From assembly GCF_051903065.1 (NCBI RefSeq), contig NZ_CP178438.1: a stretch of DNA of 64,000 bases. One strand, given 5' to 3'. The position numbers and the translations under genes are program-made. The first letter of the stretch is position 1; each line of letters starts with the position of its first letter. Under the pieces are notes generated by a model. The model did not search any database. It saw only the letters and a list, made by a program, of their open reading frames with translations, and was not told the origin of the DNA. This DNA comes from Escherichia coli. Lineage in GTDB: Bacteria > Pseudomonadota > Gammaproteobacteria > Enterobacterales > Enterobacteriaceae. Below, piece by piece: positions 47,338 through 59,781 of this stretch.

Positions 47338-48339
47338 TCAGAGTTTAGCGAATTTTTCGAGGGTGCGAATAAGCTGCGTGACGAAGCCATATTCGTTATC
47401 GTACCAGGCGACCGTTTTCACCAGTTGTAAATCGCCCACGGCGGTAATTTCCGTTTGCGTGGCATCAAACACCGAACCGAAATGGCTGCCAATGATATCG
47501 GAAGAGACTATTTCTTCATCGGTATAACCAAATGACTCGTTATTGGTGGTTGCTTGTTTAAGTGCGTTATTCACCTCTTCGGTAGTCACTTTTTTTCCGA
47601 GAATGGACACCAGCTCAGTGACCGAACCTGTTTTCACCGGTACGCGTTGCGCATGACCTTTCAGTTTGCTGCTCAGTTCCGGTATCACCAGACCAATGGC
47701 TTTTGCCGCCCCCGTAGTGTGGGGAATGATATTTTCTGCCGCGGCGCGTGAAGCACGTAAATCTTTACCACGCGGGCCATCCACCAGTGACTGGGTGCCA
47801 GTATATGCATGAATGGTCGTCATCGTGCCGACTTCTATCCCGAAACTGTCATGCAAGGCTTTGGCCATCGGCGCAAGACAGTTAGTAGTGCATGATGCCA
47901 CGGAAACAATGGTGTCGTTGCTATCCAGAGTGTCGTCATTGACGTTATAAACGATAGTTTTCATTTCACCGGCAGGGGCGGAAATCAACACCTTCTTCGC
48001 GCCAGCATCAAGATGCGCCTGCGATTTCTCGGCGGAGGTATAAAAGCCAGTACATTCGACAATGATTTCTGCACCTTTCGCTTTCCACGGAATATTTTTA
48101 GCCTCTTTTTCGGCGTAAACCGCGATACTTTTCCCATTAACGATAAGTGAATCTTCCGTAAAATCAACGCTCCAGGGGAACGGTCCGTAGTTTGAATCAT
48201 GTTTCAGCAGGTAGGCGAGAATTTTTGGAGAAGTGAGATCATTAATAGCGACAACGTCTATGTTGCTTTTGACTTCAAGTAATCGACGCAACACCAGTCG
48301 ACCGATACGACCAAAACCGTTAATACCAACTTTACTCAT
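47338..48339 (-). CDS. gapC: glyceraldehyde-3-phosphate dehydrogenase paralogue, intact ORF
   Basis: 333-aa uninterrupted ORF with catalytic [10 protein letters not shown] and N-terminal NGFGRIGR Rossmann motif. Confidence 0.9.
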   Translation of the reverse strand: MSKVGINGFGRIGRLVLRRLLEVKSNIDVVAINDLTSPKILAYLLKHDSNYGPFPWSVDFTEDSLIVNGKSIAVYAEKEAKNIPWKAKGAEIIVECTGFYTSAEKSQAHLDAGAKKVLISAPAGEMKTIVYNVNDDTLDSNDTIVSVASCTTNCLAPMAKALHDSFGIEVGTMTTIHAYTGTQSLVDGPRGKDLRASRAAAENIIPHTTGAAKAIGLVIPELSSKLKGHAQRVPVKTGSVTELVSILGKKVTTEEVNNALKQATTNNESFGYTDEEIVSSDIIGSHFGSVFDATQTEITAVGDLQLVKTVAWYDNEYGFVTQLIRTLEKFAKL

Positions 48340-48527
48340 GGTTTTCTCCTGTCAGGAACGTTCGGATGAAAATTGATCCTTTCCAGGCTTAGACCAGGAT
48401 GGCGGGATGGGCAATCTCCATTCTTACAGTGAAACGTAACGTACTGAAAACGGGTGAACAATATTTAATGAAATTTTGAGAAAAGCCCGTTATGTTAACG
48501 GAAAATTATGTTAAAGCAGGAAATGTT

Positions 48528-49058
48528 ATGGAAAATAAATACTCAAGGTTACAAATCGGCATTCACTGGCTGGTCTTTTTGCTGGTTATCGCAGCGTGTT
48601 GCGCAATGGAGTTTCGTGGTTTCTTCCCACGTAGCGATCGACCGCTCATCAACATGATTCATGTTTCCTGTGGCATCTTAATTCTCGTGCTGATGGTGGT
48701 TCGTCTTTTGTTAAGACTGAAATACCCAACCCCGCCGATTATACCTAAGCCGAAACCGATGATGACGGGACTGGCGCATTTGGGACATTTGGTGATTTAT
48801 CTCCTGTTTATTGCGCTGCCAGTGATTGGTTTGGTGATAATGTATAACCGGGGCAACCCGTGGTTTGCGTTTGGTTTGACGATGCCTTACGCTTCAGAGG
48901 CCAATTTCGAACGGGTAGATAGCTTAAAGTCGTGGCATGAAACGCTGGCGAATCTGGGATATTTTGTCATCGGGTTGCACGCTGCGGCTGCACTGGCACA
49001 CCACTATTTCTGGAAGGACAACACACTTCTACGCATGATGCCGCGTAAACGTTCCTGA
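48528..49058 (+). CDS. cybB: cytochrome b561
   Basis: ORF 48492-49058 trimmed to MENKYSRLQIGIHWLVFLLVI (176 aa) with AGGAAA Shine-Dalgarno. Confidence 0.92.
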   Translation: MENKYSRLQIGIHWLVFLLVIAACCAMEFRGFFPRSDRPLINMIHVSCGILILVLMVVRLLLRLKYPTPPIIPKPKPMMTGLAHLGHLVIYLLFIALPVIGLVIMYNRGNPWFAFGLTMPYASEANFERVDSLKSWHETLANLGYFVIGLHAAAALAHHYFWKDNTLLRMMPRKRS

Positions 49059-49068
49059 AGGATATTTA

Positions 49069-49132
49069 AAGAAAACGCCTGTACTAAAACCGACCCGTGG
49101 TACAGGCGAAGAATACGGGTCTACATCGGAAG
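49069..49132 (-). ncRNA. rydC: RydC small RNA (pseudoknotted, Hfq-dependent)
   Basis: cybB-ydcA intergenic; minus strand CUUCCGAUGUAGACCCGUAUUCUUCGCCUGUACCACGGGUCGGUUUUAGUACAGGCGUUUUCUU, 64 nt ending in a U-rich tail; 8-bp inverted repeat GCCTGTAC / GTACAGGC. Confidence 0.55.
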
Positions 49133-49302
49133 CGCCTATTATATTTATTTGTATGATAAATAAAACCATAATCCTTGCCCATACGTCCATCTGGCTTATT
49201 TTTAATCAATTCACCCGATCTTTGATCTCATCAACGGTATCAAAATAAACCAGCGTATAACGTTCAAATCGCACATAAGATTCGATAAACCATGGAGGTT
49301 AT

Positions 49303-49476
49303 ATGAAAAAACTGGCACTTATTTTGTTTATGGGAACGCTTGTTTCCTTTTATGCCGATGCCGGGCGCAAACCCTGTTCTGGTTCGAAAGGGGGGATCTC
49401 ACACTGTACGGCAGGCGGCAAATTTGTCTGTAATGATGGTTCTATTAGTGCATCGAAAAAAACATGCACTGACTGA
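49303..49476 (+). CDS. ydcA: small secreted Cys-rich protein
   Basis: 57-aa ORF MKKLALILFMGTLVSFYADAGRKPCSGSKGGISHCTAGGKFVCNDGSISASKKTCTD with GGAGG Shine-Dalgarno. Confidence 0.75.
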   Translation: MKKLALILFMGTLVSFYADAGRKPCSGSKGGISHCTAGGKFVCNDGSISASKKTCTD

Positions 49477-49547
49477 AGTGTAAAAGGGGTGCCATGAGAA
49501 AATGAATCTGCTAGTCAGATGCGCGGGGAAAATCCCCGCGCTTGCCC

Positions 49548-49734
<187 letters not shown>

Positions 49735-49755
<21 letters not shown>

Positions 49756-49810
49756 TCGTTGGCCTCGGTTGATAGAAATATCGGTCGGGGCCTTCGTCTT
49801 TCTGATTCCC
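49735..49810 (+). ncRNA. sokB: sokB antisense RNA (approximate position)
   Basis: Inferred only from hok/sok architecture (antisense to the mokB start region); boundaries not resolved. Confidence 0.3.
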
Positions 49811-50095
49811 GGTTAGCCTGAAAACAGAAAGTCTCAGGCACCCGTGAGCATCCTATGTGGTTTCCTTAGGGACGAAAATAATCACCTGACGAAATTGCGT
49901 GCTGTTTTCCAGAATTTTTCGTCATTCGGGTTAGCCAGTTTAACCATTCGTTACTCTCTTCATTCCAATGGCATTAATCTTCTCTGCAATAATTGTTGTA
50001 AAAATGTGACGCAAAGAGGCTTTTAGTCGTAAGTAATTACCGTCAAATGCCGATGACTTTCTATCAGGAGTAAACCTGGACGAGAGACAACGGTA

Positions 50096-51736
50096 ATGAA
50101 TACAACTCCCTCACAGCGATTAGGTTTTTTGCATCACATCAGGTTGGTTCCGTTATTTGCCTGCATTCTAGGCGGTATCTTAGTTCTATTCGCATTAAGT
50201 TCAGCCCTGGCTGGCTATTTCCTCTGGCAGGCCGATCGCGATCAGCGTGATGTTACTGCGGAGATTGAAATTCGGACCGGGTTAGCGAACAGTTCAGATT
50301 TTTTGCGTTCAGCCCGGATCAATATGATTCAGGCCGGGGCTGCGAGTCGTATTGCGGAAATGGAAGCAATGAAGCGAAATATTGCGCAAGCCGAATCGGA
50401 GATTAAACAGTCGCAGCAAGGTTATCGTGCTTATCAGAATAGGCCGGTGAAAACACCTGCTGATGAAGCCCTCGACACTGAATTAAATCAACGCTTCCAG
50501 GCTTATATCACGGGTATGCAACCTATGATGAAATATGCCAAAAATGGCATGTTTGAAGCGATTATCAATCATGAAAGTGAGCAGATCCGACCGCTGGATA
50601 ATGCTTATACCGATATTTTGAACAAAGCCGTTAAGATACGTAGCACCAGAGCCAACCAACTGGCGGAACTGGCCCATCAGCGCACCAGCCTGGGTGGGAT
50701 GTTTATGATTGGCGCGTTTGTGCTTGCCCTGGTCATGACGCTGATAACATTTATGGTGCTACGTCGGATCGTCATTCGTCCACTGCAACATGCCGCACAA
50801 CGGATTGAAAAAATCGCCAGTGGCGATCTGACGATGAATGATGAACCGGCGGGTCGTAATGAAATCGGTCGCTTAAGTCGTCATTTACAGCAAATGCAGC
50901 ATTCACTGGGGATGACAGTAGGGACTGTTCGACAGGGCGCGGAAGAGATTTATCGTGGCACCAGCGAAATTTCCGCTGGCAATGCGGACCTTTCATCTCG
51001 CACCGAAGAACAAGCGGCGGCTATCGAACAAACTGCCGCCAGCATGGAGCAACTCACTGCGACGGTGAAACAGAATGCGGATAACGCGCATCATGCCAGC
51101 AAACTGGCGCAAGAGGCTTCTATTAAAGCCAGCGATGGCGGGCAAACGGTTTCCGGTGTAGTAAAAACGATGGGCGCTATCTCTATGAGTTCGAAGAAAA
51201 TTTCTGAGATCACCGCCGTCATCAACAGTATTGCTTTCCAGACGAATATTCTGGCACTGAATGCTGCCGTTGAAGCCGCGCGAGCGGGTGAGCAAGGGCG
51301 TGGATTTGCCGTTGTCGCCAGCGAAGTACGGACACTCGCAAGCCGCAGCGCTCAGGCGGCGAAAGAGATTGAAGGCTTGATCAGTGAATCAGTCAGGTTA
51401 ATTGACCTGGGGTCGGATGAGGTGGCAACGGCAGGGAAAACCATGAGCACTATTGTTGATGCCGTCGCGAGTGTCACACATATCATGCAGGAAATCGCCG
51501 CCGCCTCGGATGAACAAAGTAGAGGCATAACTCAGGTTAGCCAGGCGATTTCTGAAATGGATAAGGTGACGCAACAGAATGCTTCTCTGGTAGAAGAGGC
51601 CTCAGCAGCGGCGGTGTCCCTTGAAGAACAGGCTGCACGATTAACTGAGGCGGTGGACGTATTCCGTCTGAACAAACATTCTGTGTCGGCAGAACCTCGC
51701 GGAGCGGGTGAACAAGTTAGTTTCGCTACGGTGTGA
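50096..51736 (+). CDS. trg: methyl-accepting chemotaxis protein III (ribose/galactose sensor)
   Basis: 546-aa ORF with two TM segments, HAMP, and the conserved MCP signalling domain ([37 protein letters not shown]). Confidence 0.96.
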   Translation: MNTTPSQRLGFLHHIRLVPLFACILGGILVLFALSSALAGYFLWQADRDQRDVTAEIEIRTGLANSSDFLRSARINMIQAGAASRIAEMEAMKRNIAQAESEIKQSQQGYRAYQNRPVKTPADEALDTELNQRFQAYITGMQPMMKYAKNGMFEAIINHESEQIRPLDNAYTDILNKAVKIRSTRANQLAELAHQRTSLGGMFMIGAFVLALVMTLITFMVLRRIVIRPLQHAAQRIEKIASGDLTMNDEPAGRNEIGRLSRHLQQMQHSLGMTVGTVRQGAEEIYRGTSEISAGNADLSSRTEEQAAAIEQTAASMEQLTATVKQNADNAHHASKLAQEASIKASDGGQTVSGVVKTMGAISMSSKKISEITAVINSIAFQTNILALNAAVEAARAGEQGRGFAVVASEVRTLASRSAQAAKEIEGLISESVRLIDLGSDEVATAGKTMSTIVDAVASVTHIMQEIAAASDEQSRGITQVSQAISEMDKVTQQNASLVEEASAAAVSLEEQAARLTEAVDVFRLNKHSVSAEPRGAGEQVSFATV

Positions 51737-51773
51737 AAATGTTCAAGGAGGGATCGACAGATCCCTTCACCTT

Positions 51774-52697
51774 TCAGAACGGCATTGATTTTCGAATAGC
51801 GTTAATCATCAACTGGCAACCAGAAGAGAACGTCGCATCTACGCGGGTCAGTATTCCAATCGGTTCGCCTGCACCATGTCCCGGAACAGGCAGGGCCACC
51901 AGCGTGGCATGACGCAGGTCGTCTTTTACCGCGCCAGAAGGGACAAACCACACGTAATCGTATTCAACCGTAAGTTGACGGGATAGCGAAGCAGACAGCG
52001 TTTCGATACAACCCGAAGGAATTTTACATCCCTGGCTCTGCACTAATGCATCTGAATGCTGGCGTGGCGCAGTGCCTTCTGGTGATACAACGACCGGCCA
52101 TTCCAGCACCCGGCTTAGCGTTACGTTCTCCTGAAGTAGCGGATGATTAGGGCGGACAACCAGCTTCAGCGATTCAAGAAACAGCAGTTCGTAATTAAGC
52201 CCGGTCATCAGTTCAGGATCTGACATCCGACCAATGCCGATATCGATTTCCCCGGTTTTCAACCCCGCCAGAATCATAGGGTTACTCATTGTCGCAACTT
52301 GCAAGGTCGTCTCTTTTTGTTGCTGATGAAACTGACCTATAACCGAAGGTAATATCCCCAGTGCCGCAGTAGGTAGTGCACCAACCCTGACGACATCATT
52401 ATTAGGACCTTCTTTACGATTAAGCGACTGTCCGGCAGTGTTGATGGCGTCAAGAACTCTGACTGCATGCGTTAAAAATTGTTCGCCGGGTAAGGTAAGT
52501 TGCGCCCCCTGACGACCACGCTCAAACAAGCGAGCGCCCGTCAGCTGCTCCAGTTCATTCAATGTTTTAGAGAGCGCAGGTTGACTCAAATTAAGGGTTT
52601 CAGCCGCGCGCCCCAAAGTTCCTTGTTGTGCGACAGCTACGAATGTATGAAGGTGGCGCAAACGGATGCGCTGACTAAACAGACTATTTTTTTCCAT
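51774..52697 (-). CDS. ydcI: LysR-type transcriptional regulator
   Basis: ORF 51774-52838 trimmed to MEKNSLFSQRIRLRHLHTFVAVAQQG (307 aa) with HTH. Confidence 0.9.
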   Translation of the reverse strand: MEKNSLFSQRIRLRHLHTFVAVAQQGTLGRAAETLNLSQPALSKTLNELEQLTGARLFERGRQGAQLTLPGEQFLTHAVRVLDAINTAGQSLNRKEGPNNDVVRVGALPTAALGILPSVIGQFHQQQKETTLQVATMSNPMILAGLKTGEIDIGIGRMSDPELMTGLNYELLFLESLKLVVRPNHPLLQENVTLSRVLEWPVVVSPEGTAPRQHSDALVQSQGCKIPSGCIETLSASLSRQLTVEYDYVWFVPSGAVKDDLRHATLVALPVPGHGAGEPIGILTRVDATFSSGCQLMINAIRKSMPF

Positions 52698-52913
52698 AAG
52701 CGATGTTAAAAACGAAGCGGTGTCGCTGACAAGTGAAGTTGTTTGATTATGATAACTTGATTGCAAAGTATTATTAACAATTAAAGCAATTATGTTACAG
52801 CAAAATGGATAATATTGATGTTTTCGCGGCGAGATCACAGTTTGTAAATTCTTCCCGCCGGAGTGAATGCGGTTACCTACACTCCAGATTACTGACCACT
52901 GGAGGCAGACACT

Positions 52914-54257
52914 ATGGCGAACAGCATCACGGCGGATGAGATTCGGGAACAGTTTTCGCAGGCAATGTCAGCCATGTACCAGCAAGAAGTTCCGCAATAT
53001 GGCACGCTGCTGGAACTGGTAGCTGATGTGAATCTGGCTGTGCTGGAAAACAATCCTCAACTGCACGAAAAAATGGTAAATGCAGACGAGCTGGCGCGAC
53101 TGAATGTTGAACGTCATGGGGCGATTCGCGTTGGGACTGCACAAGAGCTTGCTACTCTTCGGCGGATGTTTGCCATTATGGGGATGTACCCGGTGAGCTA
53201 TTACGATCTCTCGCAGGCAGGGGTGCCGGTACATTCGACAGCATTTCGGCCCATTGATGATGCTTCTCTGGCGCGTAATCCCTTCCGCGTTTTTACCTCC
53301 TTACTCCGCCTTGAGCTTATCGAGAACGAAATTTTGCGCCAGAAAGCGGCGGAGATTCTGCGTCAGCGCGATATCTTCACCCCACGTTGCCGACAACTGT
53401 TAGAGGAATATGAGCAGCAGGGCGGTTTTAACGAAACACAGGCACAGGAGTTTGTGCAGGAAGCCCTGGAAACGTTTCGCTGGCACCAGTCAGCAACGGT
53501 AGATGAAGAAACCTATCGCGCCTTGCACAACGAACATCGGTTGATTGCTGATGTGGTCTGTTTTCCTGGATGCCATATCAACCATCTGACGCCACGTACG
53601 CTGGATATTGACCGGGTGCAGTCGATGATGCCTGAATGCGGAATTGAACCAAAAATTCTGATCGAAGGGCCGCCGCGCCGCGAGGTACCGATTTTACTAC
53701 GCCAGACCAGCTTTAAAGCACTGGAAGAGACGGTGTTGTTTGCGGGACAGAAACAGGGCACGCATACTGCGCGCTTTGGTGAAATTGAGCAGCGTGGCGT
53801 GGCATTAACGCCGAAAGGGCGACAACTGTATGATGATCTTCTGCGTAACGCTGGAACCGGGCAGGATAATCTCACTCACCAAATGCATTTACAGGAAACC
53901 TTCCGCACTTTTCCTGACAGTGAGTTTTTAATGCGTCAGCAAGGGCTGGCATGGTTCCGGTACCGTCTGACGCCTTCAGGTGAGGCGCATCGTCAGGCGA
54001 TTCATCCCGGAGACGATCCACAGCCCTTAATTGAACGTGGTTGGGTCGCGGCGCAACCCATTACCTATGAAGATTTCTTGCCCGTTAGCGCGGCGGGGAT
54101 CTTCCAGTCAAATCTGGGTAATGAAACGCAGGCACGCAGCCACGGTAATGCTAGTCGCGAAGCATTTGAGCAGGCGTTGGGTTGTCCGGTTTTGGATGAG
54201 TTCCAGCTTTATCAGGAAGCGGAAGAACGCAGTAAACGTCGCTGTGGTTTGCTTTAA
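52914..54257 (+). CDS. ydcJ: DUF1338-type metalloenzyme of unknown physiological role
   Basis: 447-aa ORF; position and sequence match. Confidence 0.88.
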   Translation: MANSITADEIREQFSQAMSAMYQQEVPQYGTLLELVADVNLAVLENNPQLHEKMVNADELARLNVERHGAIRVGTAQELATLRRMFAIMGMYPVSYYDLSQAGVPVHSTAFRPIDDASLARNPFRVFTSLLRLELIENEILRQKAAEILRQRDIFTPRCRQLLEEYEQQGGFNETQAQEFVQEALETFRWHQSATVDEETYRALHNEHRLIADVVCFPGCHINHLTPRTLDIDRVQSMMPECGIEPKILIEGPPRREVPILLRQTSFKALEETVLFAGQKQGTHTARFGEIEQRGVALTPKGRQLYDDLLRNAGTGQDNLTHQMHLQETFRTFPDSEFLMRQQGLAWFRYRLTPSGEAHRQAIHPGDDPQPLIERGWVAAQPITYEDFLPVSAAGIFQSNLGNETQARSHGNASREAFEQALGCPVLDEFQLYQEAEERSKRRCGLL

Positions 54258-54481
54258 ATTCTGACCATCCGCCTTTGCAAAAATTTGCCTGATTTTACAA
54301 ACGAATCAGGCTCATCCCATCGACATAAAAAAAATGCCGATTTATGCATATTCTCTCAGTTCAACAATTGGATTATTAATAAATATTGTCTAGAGTGAGC
54401 GGTCATAAATAAGCACTTTCTTGCCGCTGAAAACGACCAGCGCGGGACCATTCACAACACCAGAAGGACTCACTTTCAGGT

Positions 54482-56137
54482 ATGGATCGTAGACGATTTA
54501 TTAAAGGTTCAATGGCTATGGCCGCCGTGTGCGGTACCAGCGGCATTGCTTCTCTTTTTTCTCAGGCGGCATTCGCGGCAGATTCTGATATTGCCGACGG
54601 GCAAACCCAGCGTTTTGACTTCTCCATTCTACAGTCAATGGCGCACGACTTAGCGCAAACAGCGTGGCGTGGTGCGCCTCGTCCGTTACCTGACACGCTG
54701 GCGACAATGACGCCGCAGGCTTATAACAGTATTCAATACGACGCCGAAAAATCGCTCTGGCATAACGTTGAGAACCGTCAACTGGACGCTCAGTTCTTCC
54801 ATATGGGAATGGGATTCCGTCGCCGCGTTCGTATGTTTTCTGTAGATCCAGCAACACATCTGGCGCGTGAAATTCACTTTCGCCCGGAGTTGTTCAAATA
54901 CAACGATGCAGGTGTTGATACCAAACAATTAGAAGGGCAAAGCGATCTCGGCTTTGCCGGTTTTCGCGTGTTTAAAGCCCCCGAACTGGCGCGCCGTGAT
55001 GTAGTATCATTCCTTGGCGCGAGTTATTTCCGCGCCGTTGATGACACATATCAATACGGTTTGTCGGCCCGCGGCCTGGCGATTGACACTTACACCGACA
55101 GTAAAGAAGAGTTCCCCGACTTTACCGCCTTCTGGTTTGATACGGTAAAACCGGGGGCAACTACCTTTACCGTTTATGCGTTGCTCGATAGCGCCAGCAT
55201 TACTGGTGCCTATAAGTTCACTATCCATTGTGAGAAAAGTCAGGTGATTATGGATGTGGAAAATCACCTGTATGCGCGCAAAGACATTAAACAGCTGGGC
55301 ATTGCGCCGATGACCAGTATGTTCAGCTGCGGTACTAATGAACGACGGATGTGCGACACCATTCATCCGCAAATTCATGACTCTGATCGTCTGTCCATGT
55401 GGCGGGGCAACGGCGAGTGGATTTGCCGTCCGCTGAATAATCCGCAAAAATTGCAGTTCAATGCTTACACCGACAACAACCCGAAAGGGTTTGGTTTATT
55501 GCAACTGGATCGTGACTTCTCCCATTATCAGGACATTATGGGCTGGTATAACAAACGCCCAAGTCTGTGGGTGGAACCGCGTAACAAGTGGGGTAAGGGC
55601 ACCATCGGCCTGATGGAAATCCCAACAACGGGCGAAACGCTGGATAACATTGTCTGCTTCTGGCAGCCAGAAAAAACTGTAAAAGCGGGTGATGAGTTTG
55701 CATTCCAGTATCGTCTGTACTGGAGTGCGCAACCGCCTGTTCATTGCCCATTAGCGCGCGTTATGGCGACGCGTACCGGCATGGGCGGTTTCCCGGAAGG
55801 TTGGGCGCCAGGTGAACACTATCCCGAAAAATGGGCGCGTCGTTTTGCCGTCGATTTCGTTGGTGGTGATCTGAAAGCTGCCGCACCAAAAGGCATTGAG
55901 CCGGTGATTACGCTTTCCAGTGGGGAAGCGAAGCAAATCGAAATTCTCTATATTGAACCCATTGATGGTTATCGTATTCAGTTTGACTGGTATCCGACTT
56001 CGGACTCCACTGATCCGGTCGATATGCGGATGTATCTGCGTTGTCAGGGGGACGCTATCAGTGAAACATGGCTGTATCAGTATTTCCCGCCAGCGCCGGA
56101 TAAACGTCAGTATGTTGACGACCGCGTGATGAGTTAA
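54482..56137 (+). CDS. opgD: osmoregulated periplasmic glucan biosynthesis protein D
   Basis: 551-aa ORF with Tat signal [32 protein letters not shown]. Confidence 0.95.
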   Translation: MDRRRFIKGSMAMAAVCGTSGIASLFSQAAFAADSDIADGQTQRFDFSILQSMAHDLAQTAWRGAPRPLPDTLATMTPQAYNSIQYDAEKSLWHNVENRQLDAQFFHMGMGFRRRVRMFSVDPATHLAREIHFRPELFKYNDAGVDTKQLEGQSDLGFAGFRVFKAPELARRDVVSFLGASYFRAVDDTYQYGLSARGLAIDTYTDSKEEFPDFTAFWFDTVKPGATTFTVYALLDSASITGAYKFTIHCEKSQVIMDVENHLYARKDIKQLGIAPMTSMFSCGTNERRMCDTIHPQIHDSDRLSMWRGNGEWICRPLNNPQKLQFNAYTDNNPKGFGLLQLDRDFSHYQDIMGWYNKRPSLWVEPRNKWGKGTIGLMEIPTTGETLDNIVCFWQPEKTVKAGDEFAFQYRLYWSAQPPVHCPLARVMATRTGMGGFPEGWAPGEHYPEKWARRFAVDFVGGDLKAAAPKGIEPVITLSSGEAKQIEILYIEPIDGYRIQFDWYPTSDSTDPVDMRMYLRCQGDAISETWLYQYFPPAPDKRQYVDDRVMS

Positions 56138-56276
56138 TCGTTTTTTCTTCGGCACCTTCTTCGGGAGGTGCCGTCTGGTTAAACACGATCCCGCTCGCAT
56201 TTTTCCCTAAGTTAAATGAGTAATCTGATGGTGTGTATTTCAGATACACCTTGTCAGCCACTAACAGGGAGTGCGT

Positions 56277-56501
56277 ATGTTTCCAGAATATCGAGATTTA
56301 ATATCCCGTCTGAAAAACGAAAATCCTCGCTTTATGTCCTTGTTCGATAAACACAATAAACTTGATCATGAAATTGCCAGAAAGGAAGGTTCCGACGGTC
56401 GAGGGTACAATGCGGAAGTGGTCCGCATGAAAAAACAAAAGCTACAGTTAAAAGATGAGATGCTCAAAATCCTGCAGCATGAGAGCGTCAAAGAGGTGTA
56501 A
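56277..56501 (+). CDS. ydcH: DUF465-type small protein
   Basis: 74-aa ORF MFPEYRDLISRLKNENPRFMSLFDKHNKLDHEIARKE. Confidence 0.8.
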   Translation: MFPEYRDLISRLKNENPRFMSLFDKHNKLDHEIARKEGSDGRGYNAEVVRMKKQKLQLKDEMLKILQHESVKEV

Positions 56502-56509
56502 ACTTTCCT

Positions 56510-56535
56510 AAGCCGCCAGCCAGGCGGCTTTTTTA
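56510..56535 (+). terminator. hairpin with T tract after ydcH
   Basis: GCCGCC-agccag-GCGGC followed by TTTTTT. Confidence 0.5.
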
Positions 56536-56563
56536 ACAACTGCATGGATTGACTGGAGATAAG

Positions 56564-57103
56564 ATGACTGAAACGATAAAAGTAAGCGAATCACTTGAAT
56601 TACATGCTGTTGCAGAAAATCACGTCACTCCTCTTTATCAGTTAATCTGTAAAAATAAAACCTGGTTACAGCAGTCGCTAAACTGGCCGCAGTTCGTTCA
56701 GAGTGAAGAGGACACGCGAAAAACGGTGCAGGGTAATGTGATGTTGCATCAACGCGGCTATGCCAAAATGTTCATGATTTTCAAAGAAGATGAACTTATC
56801 GGCGTTATCTCGTTTAATCGTATTGAACCACTGAACAAAACCGCTGAAATCGGCTACTGGCTGGACGAATCTCATCAGGGGCAGGGGATCATTTCTCAGG
56901 CGCTGCAGGCACTGATTCATCATTACGCCCAGTCTGGTGAACTTAGACGCTTCGTGATCAAATGTCGGGTGGACAATCCGCAAAGCAACCAGGTCGCTTT
57001 GCGCAATGGTTTTATCCTTGAAGGTTGCCTGAAACAGGCTGAGTTCCTGAATGATGCCTATGATGATGTGAACTTATACGCGCGTATTATCGATTCACAA
57101 TAA
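56564..57103 (+). CDS. rimL: ribosomal protein L7/L12 serine N-acetyltransferase (GNAT)
   Basis: ORF 56549-57103 trimmed to [21 protein letters not shown] (179 aa); GNAT motif region [10 protein letters not shown]. Confidence 0.9.
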   Translation: MTETIKVSESLELHAVAENHVTPLYQLICKNKTWLQQSLNWPQFVQSEEDTRKTVQGNVMLHQRGYAKMFMIFKEDELIGVISFNRIEPLNKTAEIGYWLDESHQGQGIISQALQALIHHYAQSGELRRFVIKCRVDNPQSNQVALRNGFILEGCLKQAEFLNDAYDDVNLYARIIDSQ

Positions 57104-58075
57104 CCCTGCCAGCGGCGTTCGCGTAATGCGCTCCTCGCCGTTAATGACTTTTGGACCACGGACATGAACCGTGTCGCCATCAAAGGCTTCAACGACGGCG
57201 TGGTCGGTTAACTCCACATGGTTTTCAATTATCACCGCACCTGTAATACGGCTCTTACCTTGTATTACAACGTGCTCGTCGAGCAGAATCGGTCCGCCAC
57301 GTACCACGGCATTTCCGCCAATCAAGACATGATGTTTTAACACACAATTACCTTCCACAATGGCATATTCCGCCACCTGCGAACTGTAATGAATCGTCGG
57401 AATGGCATCTTCTTCTATGCCAGCTTTCACCTGCGCGTGACCGTAGACTTTAGCGCAATCGCATAGCCAGACGTTGTTCTCTTCATTACCTTCAATACTG
57501 GCAAAATCAAAAACTTCGGCGCGATGTTCAATAAAAGCATACCGGATGACGGCATCGCCATAAATTTGTGCCTGGTGGACAATACGCGAGGCGCTAACCC
57601 TTGCGCGATCATAAATTTGTAGCAGGAGTTGATGGTCAGGCGTTAAGCCTTGTGCTGCGACGATCATAGAATGTTGATTAATTAAGGCGTAACCAAATAT
57701 TCTACATTGCCCGCAAACCAGTGAGTCATGAATGGTGACACTGTCACTTATATATGCACCCTGGCTGATTTCACTATTATCGATCCAGACATTATCCGTT
57801 GCGTAAACCTCTCCCCACAGCACGCTGGTGCCGGTGATGCGCGTATTACCGGAAATCACCGCTCCGCCGAACGCAATAGCATTCTGGTCGTAAATCCAGC
57901 AATTTCCTTCCTGTGCTAACACCGTTTCGCGATCGATCCAGCCGCCAGCGGTTCCTGCTATCACATCGTTAAAATCGCTAATGGCGATAATCTGCCGTAA
58001 TAACACATTTTTTTTAGTGCCATCTTCCTGATAACTAAAGGCTCGCTGTTCTTCACTTAGACGATATTTGCGCAT
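57095..58075 (-). CDS. ydcK: hexapeptide-repeat (left-handed beta-helix) protein
   Basis: 326-aa ORF with repeated isoleucine-patch hexapeptide units; 3' end overlaps rimL by 9 nt on the opposite strand. Confidence 0.88.
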   Translation of the reverse strand: MRKYRLSEEQRAFSYQEDGTKKNVLLRQIIAISDFNDVIAGTAGGWIDRETVLAQEGNCWIYDQNAIAFGGAVISGNTRITGTSVLWGEVYATDNVWIDNSEISQGAYISDSVTIHDSLVCGQCRIFGYALINQHSMIVAAQGLTPDHQLLLQIYDRARVSASRIVHQAQIYGDAVIRYAFIEHRAEVFDFASIEGNEENNVWLCDCAKVYGHAQVKAGIEEDAIPTIHYSSQVAEYAIVEGNCVLKHHVLIGGNAVVRGGPILLDEHVVIQGKSRITGAVIIENHVELTDHAVVEAFDGDTVHVRGPKVINGEERITRTPLAGLL

Positions 58076-58198
58076 AGCGTTTTCCCACAGGTGACTTACT
58101 ATAACCGTAGCAAATTCTGCGGCTCTGGCTATGCTCGAGAAAATTCCATAAAATGCATTTCAAATATACTTTATAAATTAAACAAAATGAGTAAGAAG

Positions 58199-59191
58199 AT
58201 GCAGAGCGATAAAGTGCTCAATTTGCCGGCAGGCTACTTTGGTATTGTGTTGGGGACGATAGGGATGGGATTTGCCTGGCGCTATGCCAGTCAGGTTTGG
58301 CAGGTCAGCCACTGGTTAGGGGATGGGCTGGTGATTCTGGCGATGATCATCTGGGGATTATTGACTAGCGCATTTATTACCCGACTCATACGCTTTCCGC
58401 ATAGCGTGCTGGCGGAAGTTCGCCATCCAGTGCTGAGCAGTTTTGTGAGTTTGTTTCCGGCAACGACGATGCTGGTGGCGATTGGTTTTGTTCCGTGGTT
58501 TCGCCCACTGGCGGTGTGCCTGTTCAGTTTTGGTGTCGTGGTTCAGTTGGCTTATGCCGCCTGGCAAACTGCGGGATTATGGCGCGGATCTCACCCTGAA
58601 GAAGCTACCACGCCTGGACTGTATCTGCCGACAGTTGCCAACAACTTTATCAGCGCAATGGCCTGTGGTGCGTTGGGCTACACCGACGCCGGTCTGGTGT
58701 TTTTAGGCGCAGGCGTTTTCTCATGGCTAAGCCTTGAACCGGTGATCTTGCAGCGTCTGCGCAGTTCGGGAGAATTACCCACGGCACTGCGGACATCTCT
58801 CGGCATTCAGCTCGCTCCTGCGCTGGTGGCCTGTAGTGCCTGGCTGAGCGTCAACGGCGGCGAGGGTGACACGCTGGCGAAAATGCTTTTCGGTTATGGA
58901 CTGCTGCAACTGCTGTTTATGCTACGTCTGATGCCATGGTATCTCTCCCAGCCATTTAATGCTTCATTCTGGAGTTTCTCGTTCGGCGTATCTGCACTGG
59001 CAACCACCGGTTTGCATCTGGGGAGTGGCAGCGATAATGGATTTTTCCATACGCTGGCGGTGCCGCTGTTTATCTTTACCAATTTTATTATTGCAATACT
59101 GCTCATCCGTACTTTTGCGCTTCTGATGCAGGGAAAATTGTTAGTCAGAGCCGAGCGCGCCGTTTTAATGAAAGCAGAGGACAAAGAATGA
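58199..59191 (+). CDS. tehA: tellurite resistance / dicarboxylate-exchanger-type membrane protein
   Basis: ORF 58091-59191 trimmed to [27 protein letters not shown] (330 aa), 10 TM helices. Confidence 0.93.
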   Translation: MQSDKVLNLPAGYFGIVLGTIGMGFAWRYASQVWQVSHWLGDGLVILAMIIWGLLTSAFITRLIRFPHSVLAEVRHPVLSSFVSLFPATTMLVAIGFVPWFRPLAVCLFSFGVVVQLAYAAWQTAGLWRGSHPEEATTPGLYLPTVANNFISAMACGALGYTDAGLVFLGAGVFSWLSLEPVILQRLRSSGELPTALRTSLGIQLAPALVACSAWLSVNGGEGDTLAKMLFGYGLLQLLFMLRLMPWYLSQPFNASFWSFSFGVSALATTGLHLGSGSDNGFFHTLAVPLFIFTNFIIAILLIRTFALLMQGKLLVRAERAVLMKAEDKE

Positions 59192-59781
59192 TCATTCGTG
59201 ACGAAAATTATTTTACTGATAAATATGAATTAACCCGCACACACTCTGAAGTACTGGAAGCGGTGAAAGTGGTTAAACCGGGTAAAACGCTGGATCTGGG
59301 CTGTGGCAATGGTCGTAACAGTCTTTACCTGGCAGCCAATGGTTATGATGTTGACGCATGGGATAAAAATGCCATGAGTATCGCCAACGTCGAGCGCATT
59401 AAATCCATTGAAAATCTGGATAATTTACACACCCGGGGCGTTGATCTGAATAACCTCACATTTGATGGACAGTACGATTTTATTCTTTCGACTGTGGTAC
59501 TGATGTTCCTTGAGGCTAAAACCATCCCAGGGCTGATTGCCAATATGCAACGTTGCACGAAACCTGGTGGTTACAACCTGATTGTGGCGGCGATGGATAC
59601 CGCTGATTATCCATGTACCGTCGGCTTCCCGTTTGCCTTCAAAGAGGGAGAATTACGTCGATATTACGAAGACTGGGAGATGGTGAAATACAATGAGGAC
59701 GTCGGCGAGCTGCACCGCACCGACGCCAACGGTAATCGTATTAAACTGCGTTTCGCCACGATGCTGGCACGTAAAAAATGA
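59188..59781 (+). CDS. tehB: tellurite methyltransferase (SAM-dependent)
   Basis: 197-aa ORF with SAM-binding [15 protein letters not shown]; start overlaps the tehA stop (ATGA). Confidence 0.95.
   Translation: MIIRDENYFTDKYELTRTHSEVLEAVKVVKPGKTLDLGCGNGRNSLYLAANGYDVDAWDKNAMSIANVERIKSIENLDNLHTRGVDLNNLTFDGQYDFILSTVVLMFLEAKTIPGLIANMQRCTKPGGYNLIVAAMDTADYPCTVGFPFAFKEGELRRYYEDWEMVKYNEDVGELHRTDANGNRIKLRFATMLARKK

Noticed and set aside
56150-56173. Hairpin CGGCACCT / AGGTGCCG after opgD considered as an sRNA terminator
   Set aside because: The T run precedes rather than follows the stem on the plus strand and there is no U tract on the minus strand; at most a weak opgD terminator.
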